Positions 36,847-49,882 of a DNA stretch of 64,000 nucleotides are shown here, piece by piece. Every line of letters begins with the position of its first letter. Within the stretch, counting starts at the first letter, position 1. The notes under the pieces were generated by a model. It was given only the letters and a program-made list of their open reading frames with translations, did not search any database and had not been told where the DNA came from. The DNA is from Squalus acanthias (taxonomy: Eukaryota), in NCBI GenBank assembly GCA_030390025.1, contig JASTWF010000327.1, positions 248,001 through 312,000 of the forward strand, given 5' to 3'. A program made the position numbers and the translations under genes.

Positions 36847-39724
36847 GGCCCAACCTGCTCAACCTTTCCTCATAAGACAACCCCTTCAACTGAAGAATCA
36901 ACCTCGTGAAGCTTCTCTGAACTGCCTCCAATGCAAGTGTATCCCTCCTTCAATCAGGAGAGTGAAACTGTCCGCAGTACTCCAGGTGTGGTCTCACTAA
37001 CGCCCTGTGCAGTGGTTCCCAGCAGTTACTTTTCTTCAGTAATGTTCTCGATCACAACGTTCTGACGAAAAGTCATCGACCTGAAACGTTAACTCTGTTT
37101 CTCTCTTCACAGATGCTGCCTGACCTGCTGAGTATTTCCAGCATTTTCTGTTTTTATTTCTCTATCACTAAACTGCCCTGCCTGCTGTTAATGATGTCAT
37201 CTCTTATAGTGTCACAATTCTAGGTATAAACATCACACATTATAATCTGAACTATTCTATTACTCACTCTGGTTTAAGCTTACATTGTGGTTAGTAACAG
37301 ACAAAACCTGTTCTTTCCCCTGATCTGATTACAGACTCCAACATGTCGATTCAGTGAATGGAATGTCTTATCAGTGTTGCCATGGTGACCTGTCTGCAGT
37401 GAAAGGCCTGTTTGAGTTTCTAACTCAGACTAAACTTCTCTCTCCCATAATACACATTATATCAGACATTTAATTCAATGTATTTTAGCCATGTTATGTT
37501 AATATCTTTAAAATCTACAGGGAGATCAGATACACAAATCTTTAAAAGTTGGAGGACAAGTTTATAAAGTGGTTTAAAAATGTTACCCGAGGTTTTTTAT
37601 AATTGGGGCGTAGAAAACAAAACCATCAGTTCGGCTGCAGTTAGAATAAGTTTTGGGAATCTTCCACTAGGAAGGATGTCGGGGCCACAGAGAGGCTGCA
37701 GAATAAATTCACTGAGGTTATACCACGGATGAGAGGCTTTAGTTATCAGAGAATCAGAGAACGATACAGCACAAAAGGTGGCCATTCGGCCCATCATGCT
37801 TGTGCCAGCTCTTTGGGAGAGCTATCCAATTAGTCCCACTCCCTTGCTCTTTCCTCATATCCCGGTAAATGTTTTCCCTTCAAATATTTATCCAATTCCC
37901 TTTGAAAGTTACTCTTGAATCTGCTTCCTCCACCCTTTCAGGCAGTGCATTTCAGATCATAATAACTCGCTGGGTAAAGAAATGTTTCCTCATGATGACC
38001 TGTCTGCAGTGAAGCGCCTGTTTGAGTTTCTAACTGAGGCGAACTTCTCTTTCCCAGGAGGAGAGACGAGAGAAACTGGGGCACTTCTCATTAGAACAAA
38101 GCAGGGTGAGAGGAGATGTGAGCGAGGTGTTTAAACTTGATCAACGACACCGACCAAAATATCAGAGACACTCCCTGTCCTTCAGGACCTGTGTCCAGGG
38201 GAGAAGCTGATGGGTTTATCAGATCATCTTTGGGTTAAATGTTGTGCTCGTGGAGCTGAGCCCCTAGTGTCAGCATCAAACACTCTCCAGTCGGGTACAG
38301 CACGGGTTAGATACAGAGTAAACCCATCAGCCTGCTCCCCGACACAGATACCGAGGGACAGGGAGTGTCCGGGACAATGACATTTCTCACTCAATAAGGT
38401 ATAAATTGATCCTGTACCTCTCCCCATTAATCCTGGGCTCCACACGGGGCGAATCCTGCTCCTGTTTCCCTTCCTGTAACAGCACTGAGCTAAACCCAGC
38501 CCATAATGAGCAGGGCTCAGGGAGGTTGGTTGCTAGGCACTGCAGTGATGTCATAAAGCAGGGCCATTCAGCCCAGCTGGTCGTCTCCTTGTCCCTTTAA
38601 AGGTGGAGAGCGGGGACACCCTGTCTCCAAACACATCCCACCTGTTCATACTGAGAATCCCCGGGGAAGGCCCAAGGCCCAGAGTGTGGAACACAACCAA
38701 GGGGGAAAGAGGAGGAGAGAAGGGGAGGTAAATCAAGGAGTCGGGACTGAGGGACACCAAGCTTCAGTTTTAGAGCCTGTAGACTTCAGGAGGAGAAGAG
38801 TGAGTTCAGTAGTTTTAGGATCCAGGGAGAGAACAAGGAGCAGATGGGGAGACTGGTGTGGATTCCAGCACAGTGAGGATGTAGGGGGAGGGAGATTGTG
38901 TCGGGCCGTGTATTAGGGGTGTAGGAGGGACAAGAGAGGAAAGGTCAGAGGAGCAATTACTGCAGCAGTGCCCATAAATAGTGAGAGAGAGAGAAGGTGG
39001 GGGTTCGAGTGGACCAGGGACAGTCTGTTAAACTCTCTGTTTGCTGTCACCAGTTTTCCTTCGGTTAAAAATGGCCTCCTGTAGCCCAGTGACACAAACA
39101 GCCCATTAAACTCCACCAATGGCCTTTGGTCTGGTGAGGTCTCCCTTTGTGAAACATCGGCTGTTGTTAAAGCTTTTCATTCTGACCCGCTCACACTGAG
39201 AAATGAGCTGCAGAACTGCCGACACTGTCAGCTTTAAGGAGACGTTTCCCTTTGGAGATCGGATTGTCCATTGAGTTTGATTAAACTGATGTTAAAGTAA
39301 CAATGTTGCTTTGCCCCATGACAATAACAGATTATCAGAGTATTTCCCATAGGTTAAAATCCAATGTTACAGGGGCTCACTGCCCTGGATGGTTGAAGTG
39401 GACCCTGTGATATAATAGAATTTTCTGTCCTGTCAGACTTGGACATCTTGTAGATCCATCTTTTAACAAGTTGTGGGATCTCAGTTCTCAGATGGATTCC
39501 AGTCAGTTTGTAACAAGTCCTCAATCAGCTCGTCTTATTGTCGAGATATCAAGGACTCGACACACTGCGTGTGTGTGAAACAAAGCTCATTTATTTGACA
39601 TTGATACAGATTAAACTCCAGCCAGTTATAGGGGTTACTAACATCAGCTGAAACAAACCCCAACTGTCAGAATGAACATGGTTCAGTCCTGGATGTGATT
39701 GACAGCAGAATCCAACCCCCGCAG

Positions 39725-40315
39725 TCACATGTGAACTCGCTGGTGTCTCAGCAGGTTAGATGATAGACTGAATCCCTTCCCACAAACAGAGCAGGTGAAC
39801 GGCCTCTCCCCAGTGTGAGTGCGTTGGTGTGTCAGCAGATCCTTTGTGCTTTTAAAGCTCTTCTCACAGTCAGAACATTTAAAAGGTCTCTTATCAGTGT
39901 GAACAAGCTGGTGTCTCAACAGGTTGGATGAATTAGTGAATCCCTTCCCACACACTGAGCAGGTGAACGGCCTCTCCCCAGTGTGAACTCGTTGGTGTGT
40001 CAGCATATCCTTTGTGCTTTTAAATCTCATCTCACAATTATTACAGTTAAAAGGTCTCTTATCAGAGTGAACAAGCTGGTGTGTCAACTGGTTGGATGAA
40101 TGAGCAAATCCTTTCCCACACACGGAGCAGACAAATGGCCTCTCCCCAGTGTGAATTCGCTGGTGTGTCAGCAGGGTGGATGAACCATTGAATCCCTTCC
40201 CACACTCGGAGCAGGTGAACGGCCTCTCCCCGGTGTGACTGCGTCGATGTTTTTCCAGCTGGTATGGGTAATTGAATCCCTTCCCACAGTCCCCACATTT
40301 CCACGGTTTCTCCAT
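39725..40315 (-). CDS. C2H2 zinc-finger protein, 7 fingers from MEKPWK start (frame open upstream to 40480 with 2 further finger-like units)
   Basis: ORF 39725-40480; first ATG 40315; acceptor ttttacag|g, exon starts 40678; AATAAA ~39590 (-). Confidence 0.82.
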   Translation of the reverse strand: MEKPWKCGDCGKGFNYPYQLEKHRRSHTGERPFTCSECGKGFNGSSTLLTHQRIHTGERPFVCSVCGKGFAHSSNQLTHQLVHSDKRPFNCNNCEMRFKSTKDMLTHQRVHTGERPFTCSVCGKGFTNSSNLLRHQLVHTDKRPFKCSDCEKSFKSTKDLLTHQRTHTGERPFTCSVCGKGFSLSSNLLRHQRVHM

Positions 40316-41439
40316 GGTGCGGGTGTCCTTGTGTCTCTCCAGGTTGGATGATCTGTTGAAGCCTCGTCCACACACAGAACATGTGTACGGTTTCTCCCCG
40401 CTGTGAATGGTGCGATGTTTTTTCAGGCTGTGTAACTGGTTAAAGCTCTTTCCACAGTCAGTGCACTGGAACACTCTCACTCGGGTGTGTGTGTCTCGGT
40501 GCTTTTCCAGTCACACTGATGTTTGAAATTTTTCCCACAGACAGAACAGACAAACATTTCTCCTTCCACATTCAAAGGCCGATGATATTCAGGTCCTGAT
40601 GAATCGAGTGACTCTGTCAGATCTTGTTGTGATGTTTGGTTTGAGTTTCCTGTCCGCAAATCCTCTCCTTCTAATACCCTGTAAAAGGAGTTTACAAAAG
40701 TCATCACTGTAAGTACAGGATAGAAATTCAGAACAGACAATTCTAGTTTCTATGGAACATTCTTTCCTCTCTTGTTCCCCAAAGCTGTAAATCCCCATCC
40801 CACACACTCTCCCTCCTCCCTGTGCTGAAATCCAAACCCATCGCACCATCTCCAACATTTTTCCTTTCAATCGACTTTTCTTCCTCCCCCTGAAGGTGTT
40901 GACTCTGATGGGTTCAGTTCTACACTCATGAGGGACTGGAAGCCAGCATCCTGCGGGGACCGGACTCTGTCATAAAATAATGGCTTCAGAAGAGAAATTG
41001 AAGAAACTATTTAAAAGGTGTGGTAGTGAAATGTTGGGCGGGTGCTCAGCATCTCACACACAGTGCAAGAGTAACACTCGACATGTGTGAAGCTGTTCAT
41101 TCCGTCCCTGATTTGGGCATCTCTTGAGCCGGCACTTCTTGTCCCATTGTACCGAGTTGGTGTAACAGGAGAGCCAGGGATCGGGGATATTGGACAGGAA
41201 GCACACAGCACGGACATTACACTGCAGGTGGGATGTGTGAAAGTGTTACAGTGAGGGTTTCGGGCACTTTATTAAACACACACACAGCAGAAGCACATTA
41301 ATCTGATGGGAGATCACTGAGAGTCCGGCCCCTGTCCAGCCAGTATTTACAGGAGCTGGGTCACAGAGAGAGTCTCATTAAAATCACTGATATATTTGTT
41401 CACACAAACCAACTCCCAAAAAATGCTGAATGATTTCTC

Positions 41440-42060
41440 CCAGACGCTCCCTGATGAGTCACCATTTCTCCTTCATTAACAGACGCTTCCTGACCCATCA
41501 CCAGTTGTCCTTCATTTACAGATGCTCCCTGACGTGTCACCATTTCTCCTTCATTCAGACACTATCTAACCATCACCATTTAACCTTCCTTCACAGACTC
41601 GTCACTATTTCCCCATACTTTACAGACGCTCCCTGACCAGTAACATTGAAGGGTCAATAACAAGGGCACAGACTTAAGATGTTGGCAAAGGAACCAGAGG
41701 CGACATGAGGGAAAGGTTTTTCTTGCAGCGAGTGATTAGGATTTGGAATGCACTGCCTGATAGGGTGGTGGATACAGATTCAATAGTAGCCTTCGAAATA
41801 GAATTGGATAAATACTTGAAGGAGGAAAAAATTGCAGGGATCTGGGGAAAGAGCAGTGGGAGTGGAACTAACTGGATTGCTCTTCAAAAGAGCCAGCGCA
41901 GACTCGACGGTCTGAATAGCCTCCTTCTGTGCTGTAATATTGTATGATTCTATTTCTCCTTCATTTACAGACGCTCCCTGACCAGTCTCCATTTCTCCTT
42001 CATTTACAGACGCTCCCTGACCAGTCACCATTTCTCCTTCATTTACAGACGCTCCCTGAT
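41440..42060 (-). repeat. 39-bp minisatellite, inverted and degenerate, split by CR1 3' tail (~41642-41951, +)
   Basis: tttacagacgctccctgaccagtcaccatttctcc units; ORF 41705 RFFLQRVIRIWNALP. Confidence 0.8.
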
Positions 42061-42130
42061 TCACTTCCTGTCTGTCCCGGAGTTTGGCGCTTTGTTGAGA
42101 TTCGGGCCGGAGCGAAACGGGAACCCGCGG

Positions 42131-42563
42131 GTGGAGGCGGATAATGTTCACTGATCTCATAATGGGGCCTGGGGCCGCGTCCCCCGGGGTTTATTAACCC
42201 GCTCCCTGAGCTCTCTCACCTGATGTGTCAGCGGCTGCTGCCAAGGTCCGCGCATGCTCAGCTCACCTTCTGTTGTTCAGGTTTAAAGGTCAAGCCGCGC
42301 CCCTCACACACTCCGATTGGTTGGAGGACCCGCCGCCCGCTCGGTCCTCCAGCCCAGCCCCACTCTTCCTATTGGTCCGGAGCTCCCGTCAATCACCCGG
42401 GCAGTGTGAGCTGAGCATGCGCGGACCTTGGCAGCAGCCGCTGACACATCAGGTGAGAGAGCTCAGGGAGCGGGTTAATAAACCCCGGGGGGACGCGGGC
42501 TGCACACACCCCGAGTGCGGCCCCAGGCCCCATTATTAAAACACTCAACATTATCCGCTTCAC
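42131..42563. promoter_or_regulatory. Palindromic bidirectional promoter (P1 core between inverted arms)
   Basis: 42175-42266 is the reverse complement of 42406-42498 (one indel); each arm has gcgcatgc and cag|gtgaga donor. Confidence 0.75.
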
Positions 42564-42789
42564 AAACACCCGGGGTGGGCCTCAGGCCCCGAACAACAGC
42601 CTCCGGGCCGGGCCTTTGCCCCGAGCGGGGCGGCAGCTGCGGGGCTTTCTCCCGGTGACAGGCCCGGGTTAACGGCCGCCATCTTGAGAGGCGCATGCGC
42701 GGCCCCCTTGGCCAGGAACCAGGAGGAGAGAATCTTGTCAATTTCTATCCTGGACTCACAGTCATGGCTTTTGGAAACTCCTTTTACAG

Positions 42790-43735
42790 GCTGTGAGAAG
42801 GGCAGCATTTACACACCGCAAACTCACACCAAACATCACATCAAGATCTGACAGAGTCACTCCATTCATCAGGACCCGAATATCATCGGCCTTTGAATGT
42901 GGAAGGAGAAATGTTTGTCTCTTCTGTCTGTGGGAAAAGATTTCAAACATCAGTGTGACTGGAAAAGCACCAAGACACACACACCCGAGTGAGAGTGTTG
43001 CAGTGCACTGACTGTGGAAAGAGCTTTAACCAGTTACACAGCCTGAAAAAACATCGCACCATTCACAGCGGGGAGAAACCGTACACGTGTTCTGAGGCTT
43101 CAACTAATCATCCACCCTGGAGAGATGTAAGGACACCCGCACAACGGAGAAGCCGTGGAAATGTAGGGACTGTGAGAAGGGATTCAGTTCCCCGTCAAAG
43201 CTGGAAACTCATCGACGCAGTCACACTGGGGAGAGGCCGTTCACCTGCTCCGTGTGTGGGAAGGGATTCAGTCAATCGTCCAACCTCACTGAACACCATC
43301 TTGTTCACACCAATAAGAGACCTTTTAAATGTTCTGACTGTGAGAAGAGCTTTAAAAGAACAAAGGATCTGCTGAGGCATCAACACACTCACACTGGGGA
43401 GAGGCCGTTCATCTGCTCCACGTGTGGGAAGGGATTTACTCAGTCATCCACCCTGGTCACACATCAGCAAGTTCACACTGGGGAGAGGCCTTTTATCTGC
43501 TCTGTGTGTGGGAAGAGATTCATTAGTTCTTCCCGTTTCATTGAAACACCAGCATGTTCACACTGGGGAGAGGCCGTTCACCTGCTCCGTTTGTGGGAAG
43601 ACATTCACTCGTTCACCCAATCTGCTGAGACACCAACGCACTCATACTGGGGAGAGGCCGTTCACCTGCTCCAAGTGTGGGAAGGGATTCACTCGGTCAT
43701 CCCACCTGCTGAGACACCAGTGAGTTCACAAGTGA
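42790..43735 (+). pseudogene. ZNF pseudogene (tandem copy 1)
   Basis: MEKPWK start mutated to ACG, deletion at ~43093, frameshift ~43538, CGA>TGA at 43721. Confidence 0.85.
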
Positions 43736-43802
43736 CTGCAGGGGTTGGATTCTGCTGTTTCTGCTGATGTTAATCACCCTCTAACTGGGCTGGAGTTTCA
43801 TT

Positions 43803-44528
43803 AGAATCTTACAGCACAGAAGGAGGCCATTCAGTCCATTGTGCCTGTGCTGGCTCTCTGGTAGAGCTATCCAATTATTCCCACACCCCAGCTCTTTCCG
43901 CATAGCCCTGCAATGTTTCCTTCTCAAGTATTCCCTTTTATAAGTTGTTATTGAATCTGCTTCCACCACCCTTTCAGGCAGTGCATTCCAGATCACAACA
44001 ACTCGCAGCGTAAAAAATTCTCCTCATCTCCCCTCAGATTGTTTTGCCAATTATTTTTAATCTGTGTCCTCTGGTTACCGACCCTTCTGCCAGTGGAAAC
44101 AGTTTCTCCTAATTTGCTCTCTCAAAGCTGTTCATAATTTTGAACATCTGAATTAAATCTCCCCTTAAATTTCTCTGCTCTAAGTAGAACAATCCCAGCT
44201 CCTCCAGTCTCTCCACATAACTGAAAACCCTCACCCCAGGTACCAGTCTAGTGAATCTTTTCTGCACCCTCTCCAAGACCTTGACATCCTTCCTAAAGTG
44301 TGGTGCCCAGAATTGAACACAATACTCCAGTTGAGGCCGAACCAGTGTTTTATAAAAGTTCATCATAACTTCCTTGCTTTTGCACTTTATTCCTCTATTA
44401 ATAAAGCCCAGGATCCTGTCTGCTTCTTTAACAGCCTCTCACCTTGTCCTGCCACCTTCAGAGATTCGTGTATATAAACCCCAGGTCTCTCTGTTCCTGC
44501 ACTCCCGTTAAAATTGTTCCTTTAGTTT
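43803..44528 (-). mobile_element. CR1 3' fragment (in tandem unit 1)
   Basis: ORFs 44109-44366, 43781-43996. Confidence 0.88.
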
Positions 44529-44772
44529 ATAACACCCGGGGTGGGCCTCAGGCCCCGAACAAGAGCCTCCGGGCCGGGCCTTTGCCCCGAGCGGGGCGGC
44601 AGCTGCGGGGCTTTCTCCCGGTGACAGGCCCGGGTTAACGGCCGCCATCTTGACAGGCTCAGGGGGCAGCAGGGCGCATGCGCGGCCCCCTTGGCCAGGA
44701 CCCAGGAGGAGAGAATCTTGGCAATTTCTATCCTGGACTCACAGTCATGGCTTTTGGAAACTCCTTTTACAG

Positions 44773-45718
44773 GCTGTGAGAAGGGCAGCATTTACACACC
44801 GCAAACTCACACCAAACATCACATCAAGATCTGACAGAGTCACTCCATTCATCAGGACCCGAATATCATCGGCCTTTGAATGTGGAAGGAGAAATGTTTG
44901 TCTCTTCTGTCTGTGGGAAAAGATTTCAAACATCAGTGTGACTGGAAAAGCACCAAGACACACACACCCGAGTGAGAGTGTTGCAGTGCACTGACTGTGG
45001 AAAGAGCTTTAACCAGTTACACAGCCTGAAAAAACATCGCACCATTCACAGCGGGGAGAAACCGTACACGTGTTCTGAGGCTTCAACTAATCATCCACCC
45101 TGGAGAGATGTAAGGACACCCGCACAACGGAGAAGCCGTGGAAATGTAGGGACTGTGAGAAGGGATTCAGTTCCCCGTCAAAGCTGGAAACTCATCGACG
45201 CAGTCACACTGGGGAGAGGCCGTTCACCTGCTCCGTGTGTGGGAAGGGATTCAGTCAATCGTCCAACCTCACTGAACACCATCTTGTTCACACCAATAAG
45301 AGACCTTTTAAATGTTCTGACTGTGAGAAGAGCTTTAAAAGAACAAAGGATCTGCTGAGGCATCAACACACTCACACTGGGGAGAGGCCGTTCATCTGCT
45401 CCACGTGTGGGAAGGGATTTACTCAGTCATCCACCCTGGTCACACATCAGCAAGTTCACACTGGGGAGAGGCCTTTTATCTGCTCTGTGTGTGGGAAGAG
45501 ATTCATTAGTTCTTCCCGTTTCATTGAAACACCAGCATGTTCACACTGGGGAGAGGCCGTTCACCTGCTCCGTTTGTGGGAAGACATTCACTCGTTCACC
45601 CAATCTGCTGAGACACCAACGCACTCATACTGGGGAGAGGCCGTTCACCTGCTCCAAGTGTGGGAAGGGATTCACTCGGTCATCCCACCTGCTGAGACAC
45701 CAGCGAGTTCACAAGTGA
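44773..45718 (+). pseudogene. ZNF pseudogene (tandem copy 2, offset 1983 bp)
   Basis: Near-identical to copy 1 with the same lesions except the 43721 stop. Confidence 0.85.
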
Positions 45719-45785
45719 CTGCAGGGGTTGGATTCTGCTGTTTCTGCTGATGTTAATCACCCTCTAACTGGGCTGGAGTTTCATT

Positions 45786-46510
45786 AGAATCTTACAGCAC
45801 AGAAGGAGGCCATTCAGTCCATTGTGCCTGTGCTGGCTCTCTGGTAGAGCTATCCAATTATTCCCACACCCCAGCTCTTTCCGCATAGCCCTGCAATGTT
45901 TCCTTCTCAAGTATTCCCTTTTATAAGTTGTTATTGAATCTGCTTCCACCACCCTTTCAGGCAGTGCATTCCAGATCACAACAACTCGCAGCGTAAAAAA
46001 TTCTCCTCATCTCCCCTCAGATTGTTTTGCCAATTATTTTTAATCTGTGTCCTCTGGTTACCGACCCTTCTGCCAGTGGAAACAGTTTCTCCTAATTTGC
46101 TCTCTCAAAGCTGTTCATAATTTTGAACATCTGAATTAAATCTCCCCTTAAATTTCTCTGCTCTAAGTAGAACAATCCCAGCTCCTCCAGTCTCTCCACA
46201 TAACTGAAAACCCTCACCCCAGGTACCAGTCTAGTGAATCTTTTCTGCACCCTCTCCAAGACCTTGACATCCTTCCTAAAGTGTGGTGCCCAGAATTGAA
46301 CACAATACTCCAGTTGAGGCCGAACCAGTGTTTTATAAAAGTTCATCATAACTTCCTTGCTTTTGCACTTTATTCCTCTATTAATAAAGCCCAGGATCCC
46401 GTCTGCTTCTTTAACAGCCTCTCACCTTGTCCTGCCACCTTCAGAGATTCGTGTACATAAACCCCAGGTCTCTCTGTGCCTGCACTCCCGTTAAAATTGT
46501 TCCTTTAGTT
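45786..46510 (-). mobile_element. CR1 3' fragment (in tandem unit 2)
   Basis: Same ORFs at +1983 offset. Confidence 0.88.
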
Positions 46511-47102
46511 TATAACACCCGGGGTGGGCCTCAGGCCCCGAACAAGAGCCTCCGGGCCGGGCCTTTGCCCCGAGCGGGGTGGCAGCTGCGGGGCTTTCTC
46601 CCGGTGACAGGCCCGGGTTAACGGCCGCCATCTTGAGAGGCGCATGCGCGGCCCCCTTGGCCAGGAACCAGGAGGAGAGAATCTTGTCAATTTCTATCCT
46701 GGACTCACAGTCATGGCTTTTGGAAACTCCTTTTACAGGCTGTGAGAAGGGCAGCATTTACACACCGCAAACTCACACCAAACATCACATCAAGATCTGT
46801 CAGAGTCACTCCATTCATCAGGACCTGAATATCATCGGCCTTTGAATGTGGAAGGAGAAATGTTTGTCTCTTCTGTCTGTGGGAAAAGATTTCAAACATC
46901 AGTGTGACTGGAAAAGCACCGAGACACACACACCCGAGTGAGAGTGTTCCAGTGCACTGACTGTGGAAAGAGCTTTAACCAGTTACACAGCCTGAAAAAA
47001 CATCGCACCGTTCACAGCGGGGAGAAACCGTACACGTGTTCTGTGTGTGGATGAGGCTTCAACTGAACGTCCAACCTGGAGAGACACAAGGACACCTGCA
47101 CC

Positions 47103-47861
47103 ATGGAGAAACCATGGAAATGTGGGGACTGTGGGAAGGGATTCAGCTCCCCATCCCGGCTGGAAACTCATCGGCGCATTCACACCGGGGAGAAGCCGTT
47201 CACCTGCTCTGTGTGTGGGAAGGGATTCAGTCAGTCATCACACCTTCTGACACACCAGCGAATTCACTCTGGGGAGAGACCGTTCAGTTGCTCTCACTGC
47301 AGGAAGGGATTTGGGCAGTTATCGAACCTCACTGACCACCAGCGAGTTCACACTGGAGAGAGGCCATTCACCTGCATTGTGTGTGGAAAGGGATTTGCTC
47401 GATTAGCCAACCTCACTAAACACCAACTTGTTCACACTGAAAAGAGACCTTTCCAATGTTCTGAGTGTGAGAAGAGCTTTAAAAGCACAAGAGATCTGCT
47501 GACACACCAACACACTCACACTGGGGACAGGCCGTTCACCTGCTCTATTTGTGGGAAGGGATTTGCTAATTCATCCCACCTCTTGATACACCAGCGAGTT
47601 CACACTGGGGAGAGGCCGTTCACATGCTCTGTGTGTGGGAAGGGATTCACTGATTCATCCACCCTGCTGAGACACCAGCAAGTTCACACCGGGGAGAGGC
47701 CGTTCACCTGCTCCGTGTGTGGGAAGGGATTCATTCAGTCATCCCACCTGCTGAATCATCAGCGAGTTCACACTGGGAAGAGGCCGTTCTCCTGCTCCGA
47801 GTGTGGGAAGAGATTCACTCGGTCCTCCCACCTGCTGAAACACCAGCGAGTTCAGAAGTGA
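47103..47861 (+). CDS. C2H2 zinc-finger protein, 8 canonical fingers + 1 terminal finger lacking last His
   Basis: ATG in accATGg context, 252 aa open; exon starts 46739; AATAAA ~48008. Confidence 0.88.
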   Translation: MEKPWKCGDCGKGFSSPSRLETHRRIHTGEKPFTCSVCGKGFSQSSHLLTHQRIHSGERPFSCSHCRKGFGQLSNLTDHQRVHTGERPFTCIVCGKGFARLANLTKHQLVHTEKRPFQCSECEKSFKSTRDLLTHQHTHTGDRPFTCSICGKGFANSSHLLIHQRVHTGERPFTCSVCGKGFTDSSTLLRHQQVHTGERPFTCSVCGKGFIQSSHLLNHQRVHTGKRPFSCSECGKRFTRSSHLLKHQRVQK

Positions 47862-48274
47862 CTGCAGTGGGTTGAATTCTGTTGTTATTGCTGCTGTTAA
47901 TCACATCCAGGACTGAACCTTGTTCATTCTGACAGTTGGGGTTTGTTTCTGCTGATGTTAATAACTTCTATAACTGGGCTGGAGTTTAATATTCTCGATA
48001 AACATCAAATAAATCAGTTTTGTTTCAAACACGCAATGTGTCGAGTATTTGGTTCCTCCAAGATGAGAGGAGATTAACAGCACTGGAAAAAGTTGGAAAA
48101 GTAACAGATTTTTAAGCAAAGTTTTCCATTTTTGATGAAGGGTCATCGACCTGAAACGTTAACTCTGTTTCTCTCTCCACGGATGCTGCCTGACCTGCTG
48201 AGTGTTTCCAGCATTTTCTGTTGTTGTTTCAGATTTCCAGCATCCGCAGTATTTTGCTGCAGAAAATCATCTGG

Positions 48275-48603
48275 TGGATGCTGATTCGCTCAATTCCTTC
48301 AAGCGAGAGCTGGACCTGTTTCTGGCTGGGGCGGAGATCACCTCTTACAGAAGGTAGGCACTGCTGGGAATTCAGGGCCAGAGTGATCTCCTGGACTAGT
48401 TTCGATCGCCTAGATGGGTCGGACAGGAATTTGCAAGATTTTTTTGGCCTGGGTTTTTACCTGTTTTTTTGCCTCTCCCAGGAGCTCACATTATTTCGGG
48501 TGGGGTGGAGTGTATATATTGTGATACACAAGGTATCGCAAATGTGTGGGACAGGCTGGATGGACCAGAGGGTCTTTACCTGTCCCTCATTGTTCGGATG
48601 TTC
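48275..48603 (+). mobile_element. CR1-type LINE 3' end (different subfamily)
   Basis: DADSLNSFKRELDLFL-like ORF2 end followed by 3'UTR. Confidence 0.6.
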
Positions 48604-48604
48604 C

Positions 48605-48950
48605 ATTCACTAATCTGGTCTTTCACTGGCGGGGCTTTTACCCAGCATACCCCGCGGTGGGGAATGTGCCGCACCCAGACTACAGGAGCCCAATGCGCAG
48701 GCGCGGTACCGGGCTGTGTTTGGAGCATGCGCAGTGCGTGGACTGGAGAAGGACAGAGCCTGGTCACGGGCTCCTTGCAGCGCGTAATAGACGGCAGGGC
48801 TGAGCGGAGTAATGGACCGGCAAGTGGGCGGGGAGGGTTCATAAACAACTGGTGTAGGCTGCAAGCCCCGAATATTACCCTGAAGGTCCCGCGTTTGCAG
48901 TTCCGGGGCTTCTCCCGGTCACAGGCCCAGACTAACGGCCGCCATCTTGA
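48605..48950 (+). promoter_or_regulatory. Promoter module P2, second copy
   Basis: tgcgcaggcgc, gcatgcgca, YY1-type gccgccatcttg ~48938; aligns to 28305-28666. Confidence 0.55.
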
Positions 48951-48967
48951 TTCAACTCCCGGTGTAG

Positions 48968-49107
48968 GCGAGAGGCCCAGCTGCCAGTGCGGAGGGGCCG
49001 GGGCGATAGCGAGAGGCCCAGCTGCCAGTGCGGAGGGGCCGGGGCGATAGCGAGAGGCCCAGCTGCCAGTGCGGAGGGGCCGGGGCGATAGCGAGAGGCC
49101 CAGCTGC
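48968..49107. repeat. 41-bp GC-rich tandem repeat, ~3.4 copies
   Basis: gcgagaggcccagctgccagtgcggaggggccggggcgata. Confidence 0.9.
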
Positions 49108-49882
49108 TCGTGGGGAACTCCAGCGCGGAGGGGCCGGGGCGTAGGGCCCAGTGTGGAAGATCCAGAGGAGAGTGGCCTGAGCGGGAGACCCAGCACGGAG
49201 AGCCCCAGGCGGGGGACTCAGGGTGGAGTGGCTGGTCGGCAGAGGTGGAGTCGGGAGATGCGGTTGCTGAGCATTGCTGCACTGGTTCTAAAAGTTGCAG
49301 AATGGTCGCGGGCCTGAATGAGTTCCAGCGGCGCAGCATGTGCTCTGTCCGGCGGCAGCTGTGAGGCTTTTTCTTGGCCATGGGACTGGTTTATGCGTCA
49401 CCATATTGGTGGAGGAAAGACAAACTGTTTCCATCTGTAACCCTCTGATTTCTGTTTTGTAGCCAGCTTTCCAACAATTCTGCTGCCTGGCCCTTCACTC
49501 CACACGGCCTGACCTTGGTCATCTTGTCGATCGTACAAACTGTTATGGATAGCAAGCTGGTTACAGAACAGGAAACAGAGAGTAGGGGCTGGGAGTAGCT
49601 ACTCAGACTGACAATAGGTGGGAAGTGGTGTTCCACAGGGATCGGTGCTGGGATCACTGTTGTTCACCATTTACAGAAACGATTTGGACTCGGGAATCGA
49701 ATTAAAAAATTTGTCGATGACACCAAATTGGGAGGTAGAGTTAATACTGAGGAAGACAAAATGCAAGAAGACATTAATAAATTTCAGAATGTGCGTGTAA
49801 TTGGCAAATGAATTTCACTAGATCAGTGTGAGGTGGTGTGTTTTGGTGGGAAGAATAAGGAGGCCACTCACTACTTGGACAA

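Noticed and set aside
46905..46907. Selenocysteine/readthrough at the shared TGA
   Set aside because: Not at a Cys position, no SECIS seen, additional stops/frameshifts nearby; ancestral CGA>TGA decay is simpler
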